Source: Candidatus Woesearchaeota archaeon | GTDB lineage: Archaea; Nanobdellota; Nanobdellia; Woesearchaeales; GW2011-AR4 | Assembly: GCA_016784195.1 (NCBI GenBank) | Contig: JADHVE010000001.1 | Span: forward strand, 1 to 47,339 | Length of the DNA stretch: 47,339 nt | Direction: 5' to 3' | Part shown: positions 35,380 to 42,511 of the stretch, one piece after another | How positions within the stretch are numbered: position 1 is the stretch's first letter | How the letters are laid out: every line of letters begins with the position of its first letter | Made by a program: the position numbers and the translations under genes | The notes under the pieces: generated by a model | Databases searched by the model: none | What the model was told of the DNA's origin: nothing | The model's input: only the letters and a program-made list of their open reading frames with translations

Positions 35380-35500
35380 AGCCTGTTATATTCTTTATCT
35401 ATTTTTTTGTTTAAAAGTATAAAAATAAAAAATATCAACTCAACTAATGTTCACAACTAGTTGTGCTTCTTTTTGTGCAGTATGAGTTATTTTTAATTAT
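35380..35500 (-). repeat. Structured intergenic repeat, copy D (core 35428-35484)
   Basis: Gene-sense core: CATACTGCACAAAAAGAAGCACAACTAGTTGTGAACATTAGTTGAGTTGATATTTTT. The inner stem CACAACTAGTTGTG is a perfect palindrome. Confidence 0.7.
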
Positions 35501-35735
35501 TTTTATTATTGGAAACTTGTTTATTGAATTGTTTTTAATGATTAATGTTTATTAATGGATGGGAAGGTATTGGCAATTTTCAATACTACTTTTTAATAAT
35601 TGACAAAATAAAAATTTATAAAATAAACATAACAGCTTAATAGAAAAATTATTTTATGACCCATTCATCCTTACAAAATCCATAACAGCAAAAAATTCAA
35701 CAATATTTATAAAGATTTTCTTTTTTATTGACTTT

Positions 35736-36515
35736 ATGCTTATAGATATACACTGCCATCTGGATCATCCCTCATTTAATGGCAAAACTGAAGAAATAAT
35801 AAACAATGCTGAACAAGCAGGCTTAAAGATAATATTAACAGCAGGCATCAACCCTGAAACAAACAGGAAAACCCTGGAATTAGCAGGAAAATTTGATATT
35901 GTCAAGCCTGCACTGGGCATCTATCCGGTAAAAACATTACAAAAAGAGATAGAATCAGGAGAATATCCTCTAAAAAAGAATATTTTTGATATTGACGAGG
36001 AAATAGTATTTATAAAAAAAAATAAGGATAAGATAACTGCAATTGGGGAGTGCGGTTTAGATTACTCTCAAAATGAAAATTCTGCTGAACAAAAAAAACT
36101 CCTTGAAAAACTGATAAGCTTGGCAGAAAAGATAAACAAGCCAATAATAATACATTCAAGAAAAGCAGAATCCGATTGCATAGATCTCTTAGAGTCTTCT
36201 AAACTAAAAAAGGTGTTAATGCATTGCTTTTCCGGGAAAAAGAAATTAGTTAAAAAAGCTTCGGACTTAGGATATTATTTTTCTATACCTGCAAATGTTG
36301 TCAGGGCCCAAAACTTCCAACTCATGGTAGAAGAATTAAACATAAACCAGTTATTTTGCGAAACAGACTCCCCCTACCTCAGTCCGTTTAAGGAACAAAG
36401 AAATGAGCCCGCATTCATACTAGAGTCCTATAAAAAAATAGCAGAAATAAAAAAGATGGATTTAAAAGAAGTTATTAATAATATTTATATGAATTGGCAG
36501 AATGTGTTTAATTAG
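35736..36515 (+). CDS. tatD: TatD-family metal-dependent hydrolase
   Basis: IDIHCHLD, GECGLDY, IIHSR, HCFSG, ETDSPYL. Confidence 0.9.
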   Translation: MLIDIHCHLDHPSFNGKTEEIINNAEQAGLKIILTAGINPETNRKTLELAGKFDIVKPALGIYPVKTLQKEIESGEYPLKKNIFDIDEEIVFIKKNKDKITAIGECGLDYSQNENSAEQKKLLEKLISLAEKINKPIIIHSRKAESDCIDLLESSKLKKVLMHCFSGKKKLVKKASDLGYYFSIPANVVRAQNFQLMVEELNINQLFCETDSPYLSPFKEQRNEPAFILESYKKIAEIKKMDLKEVINNIYMNWQNVFN

Positions 36516-36910
36516 ATTCCACGTAATTTTTCTAATTTTCTAGCAATTTCTTTTAATACAGTTTTGTCTTTCACACCGCCTAATTTTTTTCTTACGTAAT
36601 CTATTGAGTTATACTTAACATTATGAGAATTAAGCGTTACAGTTTTACTTCCAATTTTTACTGTAATCAACTTTTCTTTCACTTTATAATCTGTCACAGA
36701 TTTGTTTCTTTTACTAAAGAATGCATAATCTGTTATCTTATCTTTAGGAGACTCAAAAAACAAGTCTCGTTTAGAATCAATCTTAGGATTATTATAACCG
36801 CTAGCAGCAATCAGTTCTAAACCAGAACGAACTGTAAAAAACTCTCTTATTTTTTCTACAGCATTATCATAAAAGGTATCAATATAATTCTTAATTTGGT
36901 TATAATCCAT
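36512..36910 (-). CDS. Hypothetical protein
   Basis: Clean 132-aa ORF with normal composition. No motif recognised. Confidence 0.45.
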   Translation of the reverse strand: MDYNQIKNYIDTFYDNAVEKIREFFTVRSGLELIAASGYNNPKIDSKRDLFFESPKDKITDYAFFSKRNKSVTDYKVKEKLITVKIGSKTVTLNSHNVKYNSIDYVRKKLGGVKDKTVLKEIARKLEKLRGI

Positions 36911-36982
36911 TTTGACAAGACATTAAGAAATATGAACTATATTTAAACCTTTCTTTTTTTACTCTTCTAACATAGTACCAAT

Positions 36983-37876
36983 TCAAGAAATAGTAATATC
37001 TTTATTTAACGAAGTAATGAACCCTTTGTTTGTGTCATTTAAAACAATCCTGATATGTCTTTCAAGATCCAAATCATAGTATGTTTGAGGGGTTAAGCTG
37101 ATTCTTCCAGTCTTTTTTGTTCCTGATTCGATGCCTGAGCTATAAGTCCAGTCTCCTCTGCTCCGGGTTTCATAAACATCCTCACTTTCTGAATCATAAA
37201 TATAGACATTCACAAAAGGCTTTAAAGTATAATTCTTTCCATTGTCAATAGTAAAAACAATTTCACTTATTTTGCCTTTATTATCTCCTTCAATAGCTTC
37301 ATCATAAATTTTATCAATAGATAATGTAATCTTCCCGGAAAGATTTACTTCTTCTTTTTCTACAGTTTCATTCTTCTCTTCAATAGCCTTCTCAGCAACT
37401 TCTTCCTTAACCTCTCCAGTATTGTTTTCTTCACTTTCATTTAATTCACTAATAACAATCCCTCTCAATTCATCCTCCCCTTTTGCTTCAGAACTTTTAC
37501 TTATATGCTCATAAAAGCTCAAATCAACAATAATAAATATTGATAGGAATATGATTAATCCAATAAGAATTGGCCTTTCTGGTGTACCTCTAGGCTTGTT
37601 AAAATTAAATCTAGGCTCAGGATTGATATGTTTTGAGAAATCTTTTACTGGAGGCCTTTCTTTCATTTCTCCTTTGAATTTTATATGCTCCCTAAGCTCA
37701 CTCATTTGCTCTTTAAGTTCCTTTATCTCATCTCTACTACTTCTTTCTTCAGGCTCATCAAACTTTTGTCTATCAAACTCTCTCTGAGCCTTTTTTTTCA
37801 TTTCATCAGGGGAATAATTTTCATCGTCTCCAAAATTAAAGTCCTTGAAAATGTCATCTACTTTTTCATCAACCAT
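36983..37876 (-). CDS. Single-pass membrane protein: acidic coiled N-terminus, beta-rich C-terminal domain
   Basis: TM ILIGLIIFLSIFIIVDLSFY. E/K-rich cytoplasmic head. The C-terminal 120 aa or so are beta-strand-like. Confidence 0.5.
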   Translation of the reverse strand: MVDEKVDDIFKDFNFGDDENYSPDEMKKKAQREFDRQKFDEPEERSSRDEIKELKEQMSELREHIKFKGEMKERPPVKDFSKHINPEPRFNFNKPRGTPERPILIGLIIFLSIFIIVDLSFYEHISKSSEAKGEDELRGIVISELNESEENNTGEVKEEVAEKAIEEKNETVEKEEVNLSGKITLSIDKIYDEAIEGDNKGKISEIVFTIDNGKNYTLKPFVNVYIYDSESEDVYETRSRGDWTYSSGIESGTKKTGRISLTPQTYYDLDLERHIRIVLNDTNKGFITSLNKDITIS

Positions 37877-37947
37877 TTTAAAGTAACTAATTTTACAATT
37901 AGTATTTAAAATTTTTGAAAATTATAATTATAATGATAAGTATAATG

Positions 37948-38013
37948 TCAAGATAAGCCGCCATTTATTGGAGCGGCAAAGTTCTTCGTAAGACCTATGA
38001 CATCTTATCTTGA
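37948..38013. other. GC-richer structured element in a divergent intergenic region
   Basis: 10-bp arms TCAAGATAAG / CTTATCTTGA enclose the inner hairpin GCCGC-N12-GCGGC. Confidence 0.35.
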
Positions 38014-38056
38014 AAGTATAGAAAAATATTTATAGTGGCAAAATAAAAATAAGAAT

Positions 38057-38335
38057 ATGAAAGTTACAATAGACACCAAAGAGGATTCTCCAGAAGAAAT
38101 AAAGAACGCCATAAAAATACTCTCTTCTTTAGTGGGGGAAAAACCCCGCACCAACCAGCCAAACATATTTGAAGATACTTCTCCAGAAGTAAACACTTCA
38201 CAAAGTATGCCTACACAAGGAAATATTTTTGGGAATATGTTTAATGATCCAAAAACAGAAGAGCCAGATGATGAAGTTAAAGAAGAAACAAAAACAGAAA
38301 TCAAAGATGAGCCATATATTTCAGAGTATTATTAA
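38057..38335 (+). CDS. Small acidic hypothetical protein
   Basis: 92 aa, E/D/K/P-rich. Preferred over the antisense S/F-rich ORF 38005..38304. Confidence 0.4.
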   Translation: MKVTIDTKEDSPEEIKNAIKILSSLVGEKPRTNQPNIFEDTSPEVNTSQSMPTQGNIFGNMFNDPKTEEPDDEVKEETKTEIKDEPYISEYY

Positions 38336-38967
38336 ACCTCAATTATCTTTCCTTTCTTCCCAACATTAATAACTCTCGTTTTTCCAATCTTTTCTTCAAT
38401 ACCTTCTGCCTCATGAACATGGCTGCAAAGCAGGATATCAGGCTTAAGATTATCAATAGCTTTCTTCACTCCCCCGCTGCCTGGAAAAAACTGGGTAAAC
38501 TTTTCCATTTTGCTCCCTTCAGGATGCACATGAGTAACCATTATTTTTTTCTTCAGATATTTTATCTTTTCAAAACCCTTCTTCAATAAGCCATAAATCT
38601 CATTTTCATCCAGCTGAAACAAGCCAATATTGGCTCCGCCAGCACCGAAAATGCCTACATCCTTATACCTGACAGAATAACCATGAAGATTCTTTACACC
38701 ATAAAGCTCAGATAAAAAATCAGCTGTTGCAATAGTCTCATGATTCCCAGGAATCAGAATTACTTTTTCCTTTCTTTTAACAAACGGACCGATTAAATTT
38801 TCAGTTGAAGTATCTCCAAAAGTCAAATCTCCGCATAAAACCACTAAATCAACATTTTCCTTTTTTGCTTTTTCAGCTAGTTTTTTTGCAAGAGAAGTAT
38901 CCCCATGCAGGTCGCCAGCTGCCAATATCTTCAGTTTCTTGTTCTTTGTATTTTTTTTATCAGCCAT
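38332..38967 (-). CDS. Calcineurin-like metallophosphoesterase
   Basis: ILAAGDLHGD, LCGDLT, PGNHE, VTHVHP, CSHVHE. Confidence 0.85.
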   Translation of the reverse strand: MADKKNTKNKKLKILAAGDLHGDTSLAKKLAEKAKKENVDLVVLCGDLTFGDTSTENLIGPFVKRKEKVILIPGNHETIATADFLSELYGVKNLHGYSVRYKDVGIFGAGGANIGLFQLDENEIYGLLKKGFEKIKYLKKKIMVTHVHPEGSKMEKFTQFFPGSGGVKKAIDNLKPDILLCSHVHEAEGIEEKIGKTRVINVGKKGKIIEV

Positions 38968-39043
38968 AACTAATAAAAAGAAACCTTAATTTAAAAACAT
39001 TTCTATCGGTCAAGAACTAGGGGTTCTTGAACACACTGGAAAT

Positions 39044-39625
39044 TCAATTTGAATTTCTTGGTGTCTCAACTACCATTCCCTTTGTCAAATTTACAATCTT
39101 AGAAGGACTTCCTTTTTTCTCACCATCATAAACTATAAAATCAACACTCCCTTTAATACTTCCATCCAAATCTTCCACAGAAGTCATAAACTCATTCTTT
39201 GTTTTATTTACTGATGTTGTTATTATGGGGACATCCAGCCATTTTATAAATTCACTGAACCAGTTATCAGGTATTCTGACGCCTAATGTGTCTAAGCCGT
39301 TATTAACATCTTTGGAAATGCAGTCCATGTTTTTTAATTTGAAGATCAGGGTTAGTGGCCCTGGAAGTTTATTTAGCCATCCCATCCCTTTATCATTAAC
39401 ATGGCAATTCTCCAGGATCCATTCTTTTGAAGGGGCAATAACAGAAAAAGGGTTTTCATAGCTTTCTTTTATGTCTCTTATCTTTTTCACAGCCTCTGCC
39501 CTCAAGGCATTACATCCTAAGCCATAAATAGTATCCGTAGGATGTATAAAAATTGTGCCTCTTGAAATTTTTTCAGAAATATACCCGTTCTCTATCTCGC
39601 ATTCTTCCTTTGTGAGAATCCTCAT
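39044..39625 (-). CDS. tsaC: L-threonylcarbamoyladenylate synthase, YrdC-domain-only form
   Basis: IFIHPTDTIYGLGCNA, LKNMD..LGVRIP, PIITTSVN. 193 aa, so no Sua5 C-terminal domain. Confidence 0.85.
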   Translation of the reverse strand: MRILTKEECEIENGYISEKISRGTIFIHPTDTIYGLGCNALRAEAVKKIRDIKESYENPFSVIAPSKEWILENCHVNDKGMGWLNKLPGPLTLIFKLKNMDCISKDVNNGLDTLGVRIPDNWFSEFIKWLDVPIITTSVNKTKNEFMTSVEDLDGSIKGSVDFIVYDGEKKGSPSKIVNLTKGMVVETPRNSN

Positions 39626-39657
39626 AAAAAGAGATAATACAAAACTCTATAAAAACT

Positions 39658-39783
39658 TTATGTTTCAAAATCAAAATTTTTAATGTTCTCTCTTCTCACG
39701 CTCTGTTGAAAATTAAAGTCCTCTAAAAATTCTATCTTTTCCAGATATTCCCCCCAGTCAATAAACCTTTTTTTGAAAAACAT
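39658..39783 (-). CDS. Candidate small ORF b (41 aa)
   Basis: MFFKKRFIDWGEYLEKIEFLEDFNFQQSVRRENIKNFDFET. GGAGG 6 nt upstream lies within the end of sORF a. Below the track length cut-off. Confidence 0.3.
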   Translation of the reverse strand: MFFKKRFIDWGEYLEKIEFLEDFNFQQSVRRENIKNFDFET

Positions 39784-39784
39784 T

Positions 39785-39895
39785 TTATGCCTCCAAATAA
39801 CCCATCATAAAGCCCTGCTCTTCAGCGCTTATTCCATCTCCTTCAACATAATCTTCCATGCCTTTCTCAGTATAGATATCTTTTCCTTCTTCCAT
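39785..39895 (-). CDS. Candidate small ORF a (36 aa, acidic)
   Basis: GAGGTGA-5nt-ATG. MEEGKDIYTEKGMEDYVEGDGISAEEQGFMMGYLEA. Confidence 0.4.
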   Translation of the reverse strand: MEEGKDIYTEKGMEDYVEGDGISAEEQGFMMGYLEA

Positions 39896-39941
39896 CTTAT
39901 TCACCTCTTTTAATTGTTTAAATTATTACTCCTGCCAAATG

Positions 39942-40055
39942 TTATAACCACCCATCACTAAATTGAAAATCAAAACTTTTAATCTTTGTCTTTAATGTTA
40001 AATCCTTTATTTGCTTGTAAAACAAGATTTCTATGTCCTTATTGTTTAGTTCCAT
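39942..40055 (-). CDS. Candidate small ORF c (37 aa)
   Basis: AGGTGAT-5nt-ATG. MELNNKDIEILFYKQIKDLTLKTKIKSFDFQFSDGWL. Shares IK(N/S)FDF with sORF b, but that region is also a DNA-level repeat. Confidence 0.3.
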   Translation of the reverse strand: MELNNKDIEILFYKQIKDLTLKTKIKSFDFQFSDGWL

Positions 40056-40193
40056 TTCTCATCACCTGAATTTTTTAAAAAAATTTGGGGCAGGAAACTT
40101 TAAGCGGGGGTGAATTCTTCCTGCCAGCCATAATAACACATGAGTTGTTATACCTTAAGTGTACAAACTCAGTTATATATCTCACGCGCACAC

Positions 40194-40271
40194 ATGTCCA
40201 GTGCTTTTTCACTGCAAATTTTCCTATAACCTCCAAATTTTGCCATTACAGAGCCCCTCTTCACTGGACAT
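40194..40271. other. 10-bp inverted repeat with a competing internal hairpin
   Basis: ATGTCCAGTG (40194-40203) pairs with CACTGGACAT (40262-40271). CAGTG also pairs locally with CACTG (CAGTGctttttCACTG). Confidence 0.3.
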
Positions 40272-40310
40272 CAAATTTCAAATTCAAAATTATCAATGAT
40301 TAATTTCATT

Positions 40311-40369
40311 ATTGAAAAAAATATAAACCATTTTTTTCAATCAGGAAATAGAAGATTTTCCGTATTGAA
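40311..40369. promoter_or_regulatory. Nested palindromes carrying TTCAAT-N3-GGAAA(A)T motifs
   Basis: ATTGAAAAAAAT-7nt-ATTTTTTTCAAT. Then TTCAATCAGGAAATA (40336-40350, +) faces TTCAATACGGAAAAT (40355-40369, -). Confidence 0.4.
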
Positions 40370-40508
40370 AACATTGGGGGCACTGTAACAAAAGAAAATC
40401 AATAAAAATGAATTTTTTATTTTTTAATGGTATTCATTTTTATAATTGTTTTAATCATAGAATAAAAAATGATAAAAGTTAAATATTAATTGAATATAAA
40501 ATAAATTT

Positions 40509-40781
40509 ATGAAAAGAATACATCTAATAATCAATGGAAAAGTACAAGGAGTTTTTTACCGCGACAACACCAAAAAAAAAGCTTCTGAGCTTGGCTTAAA
40601 AGGTTTTGTTAAGAACATAGAGAATGGATTAGTTGAAATTATAGCAGAAGGTCCTGAAGACAAGCTAAGTGAATTAATTGAATTCTGCAAAAACAATCCA
40701 GGTTATTCTGAAGTTGATAGATTAGATATAAAAAAAGAAAAAGCAACTAATGAATTTATTGGTTTTAAGGTTAAGTACTAA
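40509..40781 (+). CDS. acyP: Acylphosphatase
   Basis: INGKVQGVFYRDNTKKKASELGLKGFVKNIENGLVEIIAEG. Confidence 0.9.
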   Translation: MKRIHLIINGKVQGVFYRDNTKKKASELGLKGFVKNIENGLVEIIAEGPEDKLSELIEFCKNNPGYSEVDRLDIKKEKATNEFIGFKVKY

Positions 40782-41851
40782 AACTCATCCAGAGTTTTTG
40801 TAACACTTTTATACTTAACAATCGTAGTACAGCCTTCATCTCCGCCCATCTTCTTCTCAACAGAAATAAACTTGTTCTTCCTCAGCCTCTCAATCTTTCT
40901 CTGGAAAGACTTATAAGATAGGCTTCCCCCTTTTTTCTTGTAAATCTCATACAACTCCCCTATCTTCTTGCCGGAATTCTCCTTGATCATGCTTAAAATA
41001 TCCCTTTCACCAGATGCTAAGTCATTAGAGCTCTTTATGCTGAACTCATCCAGTTTTTTAACAGCCTCAGAAGAATCCTCCAAAACAATCTTCTTGGAGC
41101 TTCTTGCTTCAGCATTGTTTCCAGCTTCTCTCATCAAATGCAGCCCGGGCCTTATGTCCTCCAAAGCTGCAGTTTTTTTGACTATGACCTCAAAAGCATC
41201 ATCTTCCCATACGCCGGGAACAAACGCAGATTCAACTCTCTGCCTTAAAATCCCTCTCGTTTCTGTTAAATTATACGGCTTGAACTCCAGCAAATCCGGC
41301 ATCAGCCTTGACTTTATCCTGTCATCAAGGTCATCCAGCCACCCCTTGTGGTTAGTTATCAAAACAACAGATTTTTTGTAAATATCTTCAAGAATCATAT
41401 AAAGAAAATCAAAATCATCTAATTTATCAACTTCGTCAAAAGCAAACACAGCAGCCTTCTTATTCAGAATTCCCTTTACAATCTTGAAAAGCTCGTCTGT
41501 TTTTTTGTTATGTGTTAATTTATACCCTAAACTGTTGCAGATTTCCAGAATAATCTTGAAACTAGTATTTTTCTGCCAGCAATTAACATAAACTGGAATA
41601 ACCTCTTCAGTTTCTTCCTCCAACTCATTTAGGATATACTTCACTGCAGTTGTTTTTCCAATGCCTGGAGATCCGAAAATAAACACATTCTTTCCAGTCC
41701 TGTCCTGCAGTAAAGGCTTTATACAGTTAACAACATATCTCTGCTGGGTCTCTCTGTAGGGCAAAAGCTTAGGTAAGAAATCATAATCTAATGCTAACAC
41801 ATTTATAAAAAGGCTTTCACCCCCTCTTAAAGCGTCGTCAAACAAACCCAT
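40778..41851 (-). CDS. cdc6: Orc1/Cdc6 replication initiator
   Basis: LPYRETQ, GSPGIGKTT Walker A, FAFDEVD Walker B, C-terminal winged helix (SYKSFQRKIERLRKNKFI). Confidence 0.95.
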   Translation of the reverse strand: MGLFDDALRGGESLFINVLALDYDFLPKLLPYRETQQRYVVNCIKPLLQDRTGKNVFIFGSPGIGKTTAVKYILNELEEETEEVIPVYVNCWQKNTSFKIILEICNSLGYKLTHNKKTDELFKIVKGILNKKAAVFAFDEVDKLDDFDFLYMILEDIYKKSVVLITNHKGWLDDLDDRIKSRLMPDLLEFKPYNLTETRGILRQRVESAFVPGVWEDDAFEVIVKKTAALEDIRPGLHLMREAGNNAEARSSKKIVLEDSSEAVKKLDEFSIKSSNDLASGERDILSMIKENSGKKIGELYEIYKKKGGSLSYKSFQRKIERLRKNKFISVEKKMGGDEGCTTIVKYKSVTKTLDEF

Positions 41852-41872
41852 AACCAGAAAGAAATTTAAGGA

Positions 41873-41882
41873 ATTTATATAG
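41873..41882 (-). promoter_or_regulatory. TATA box for cdc6 (leaderless-type spacing)
   Basis: The minus strand reads CTATATAAAT, centred about 27 nt upstream of the ATG. No SD present. Confidence 0.4.
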
Positions 41883-42278
41883 TTTTTTGTATTTCAACAC
41901 CAATCCAGCTTAAAAAATTTGCAGAACTTTAGCAAAAATCACGCAAAATCCTTTTTTTCCTCAGCGCTTGTAACTCAGGTTCCATCCCCTTCAATTACAC
42001 TGCCTTCAGGGCATTTTACAATCATAGTTTTCTCTTTCTCTTGTTGCACTTCTTCACTTGCCGTCTGTTTGGACAGGTTCCGCCTTCGTAACAGCCGCAT
42101 TTTAAACAATTTTGAATTAAACTGCCACTAGAACAATATGAAGGTTTATTTTCAGAGAATTTCCCGAATAAAGTACCGTCACTACATTTTAGTATACATT
42201 CAGCATATTCAGTATAACCTTTTTGTTTACAGAAATTTTAAATATAACCCCTGTTTCAAAAAGGATGAGGTGATTGAT

Positions 42279-42473
42279 ATAGCAAAATATAAAGTTTCAG
42301 TAGACCAGAATAAATGTATTGGCTGTGGAGCATGTGCAAGCATTTGCAACAACTTCAAATTAAAAGAAGGAAGATCAAGTCCAAAAAAGGCAGAGATTGA
42401 TGAAATTGGATGCTCAGGAGAAGCAAGAGACAGCTGCCCTGTTGGAGCAATAAGTGTTGAAGAAATCAAATAG
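42279..42473 (+). CDS. Small 4Fe-4S ferredoxin, probable ATA start
   Basis: KYKVSVDQNKCIGCGACASIC...CSGEARDSCPVGAI. GAGGTGAT (42267-42274) lies 4 nt before ATA at 42279. The track's 44-aa N-terminal extension from 42138 is basic/aromatic junk. GTG at 42270 lies inside the SD. Confidence 0.75.
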   Translation: MAKYKVSVDQNKCIGCGACASICNNFKLKEGRSSPKKAEIDEIGCSGEARDSCPVGAISVEEIK

Positions 42474-42511
42474 TTTGCAGATGCTGTAAAAGGTGTTTCT
42501 ACAACTTTATT

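Noticed and set aside
5835-35500. CRISPR array or MITE interpretation of the intergenic repeats.
   Set aside because: The copies are kilobases apart, one per intergenic region, with no regular repeat-spacer periodicity. I found no terminal inverted repeats or consistent target-site duplications. Only copy E shows a 7-bp ATAGAGC at both ends.
37948-38013. tRNA gene.
   Set aside because: A 7-10-bp outer stem and a 4-5-bp D-like stem exist. But there is no T-loop (GTTCRANYC), no anticodon stem, and the loop lengths are wrong.
40085-40500. SRP RNA or RNase P RNA in the large non-coding block.
   Set aside because: I could not find the conserved SRP helix-8 or RNase P CR-I/CR-V motifs. The block is too AT-rich and too short in paired segments. 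It is kept only as a generic structured candidate.
41852-42021. Replication origin with ORB boxes immediately upstream of cdc6 (two CAGGTTCC repeats at 41976 and 42074).
   Set aside because: There are only two 8-bp matches and no dyad plus G-string architecture. The region has no AT-rich unwinding element and looks coding-like. The repeats fall in GGAACCTG codon contexts.
41919-42131. 70-aa plus-strand ORF upstream of the ferredoxin gene.
   Set aside because: S/F/L/C-rich with no SD. It is antisense to the more coherent Cys-rich frame, and neither can be confirmed.
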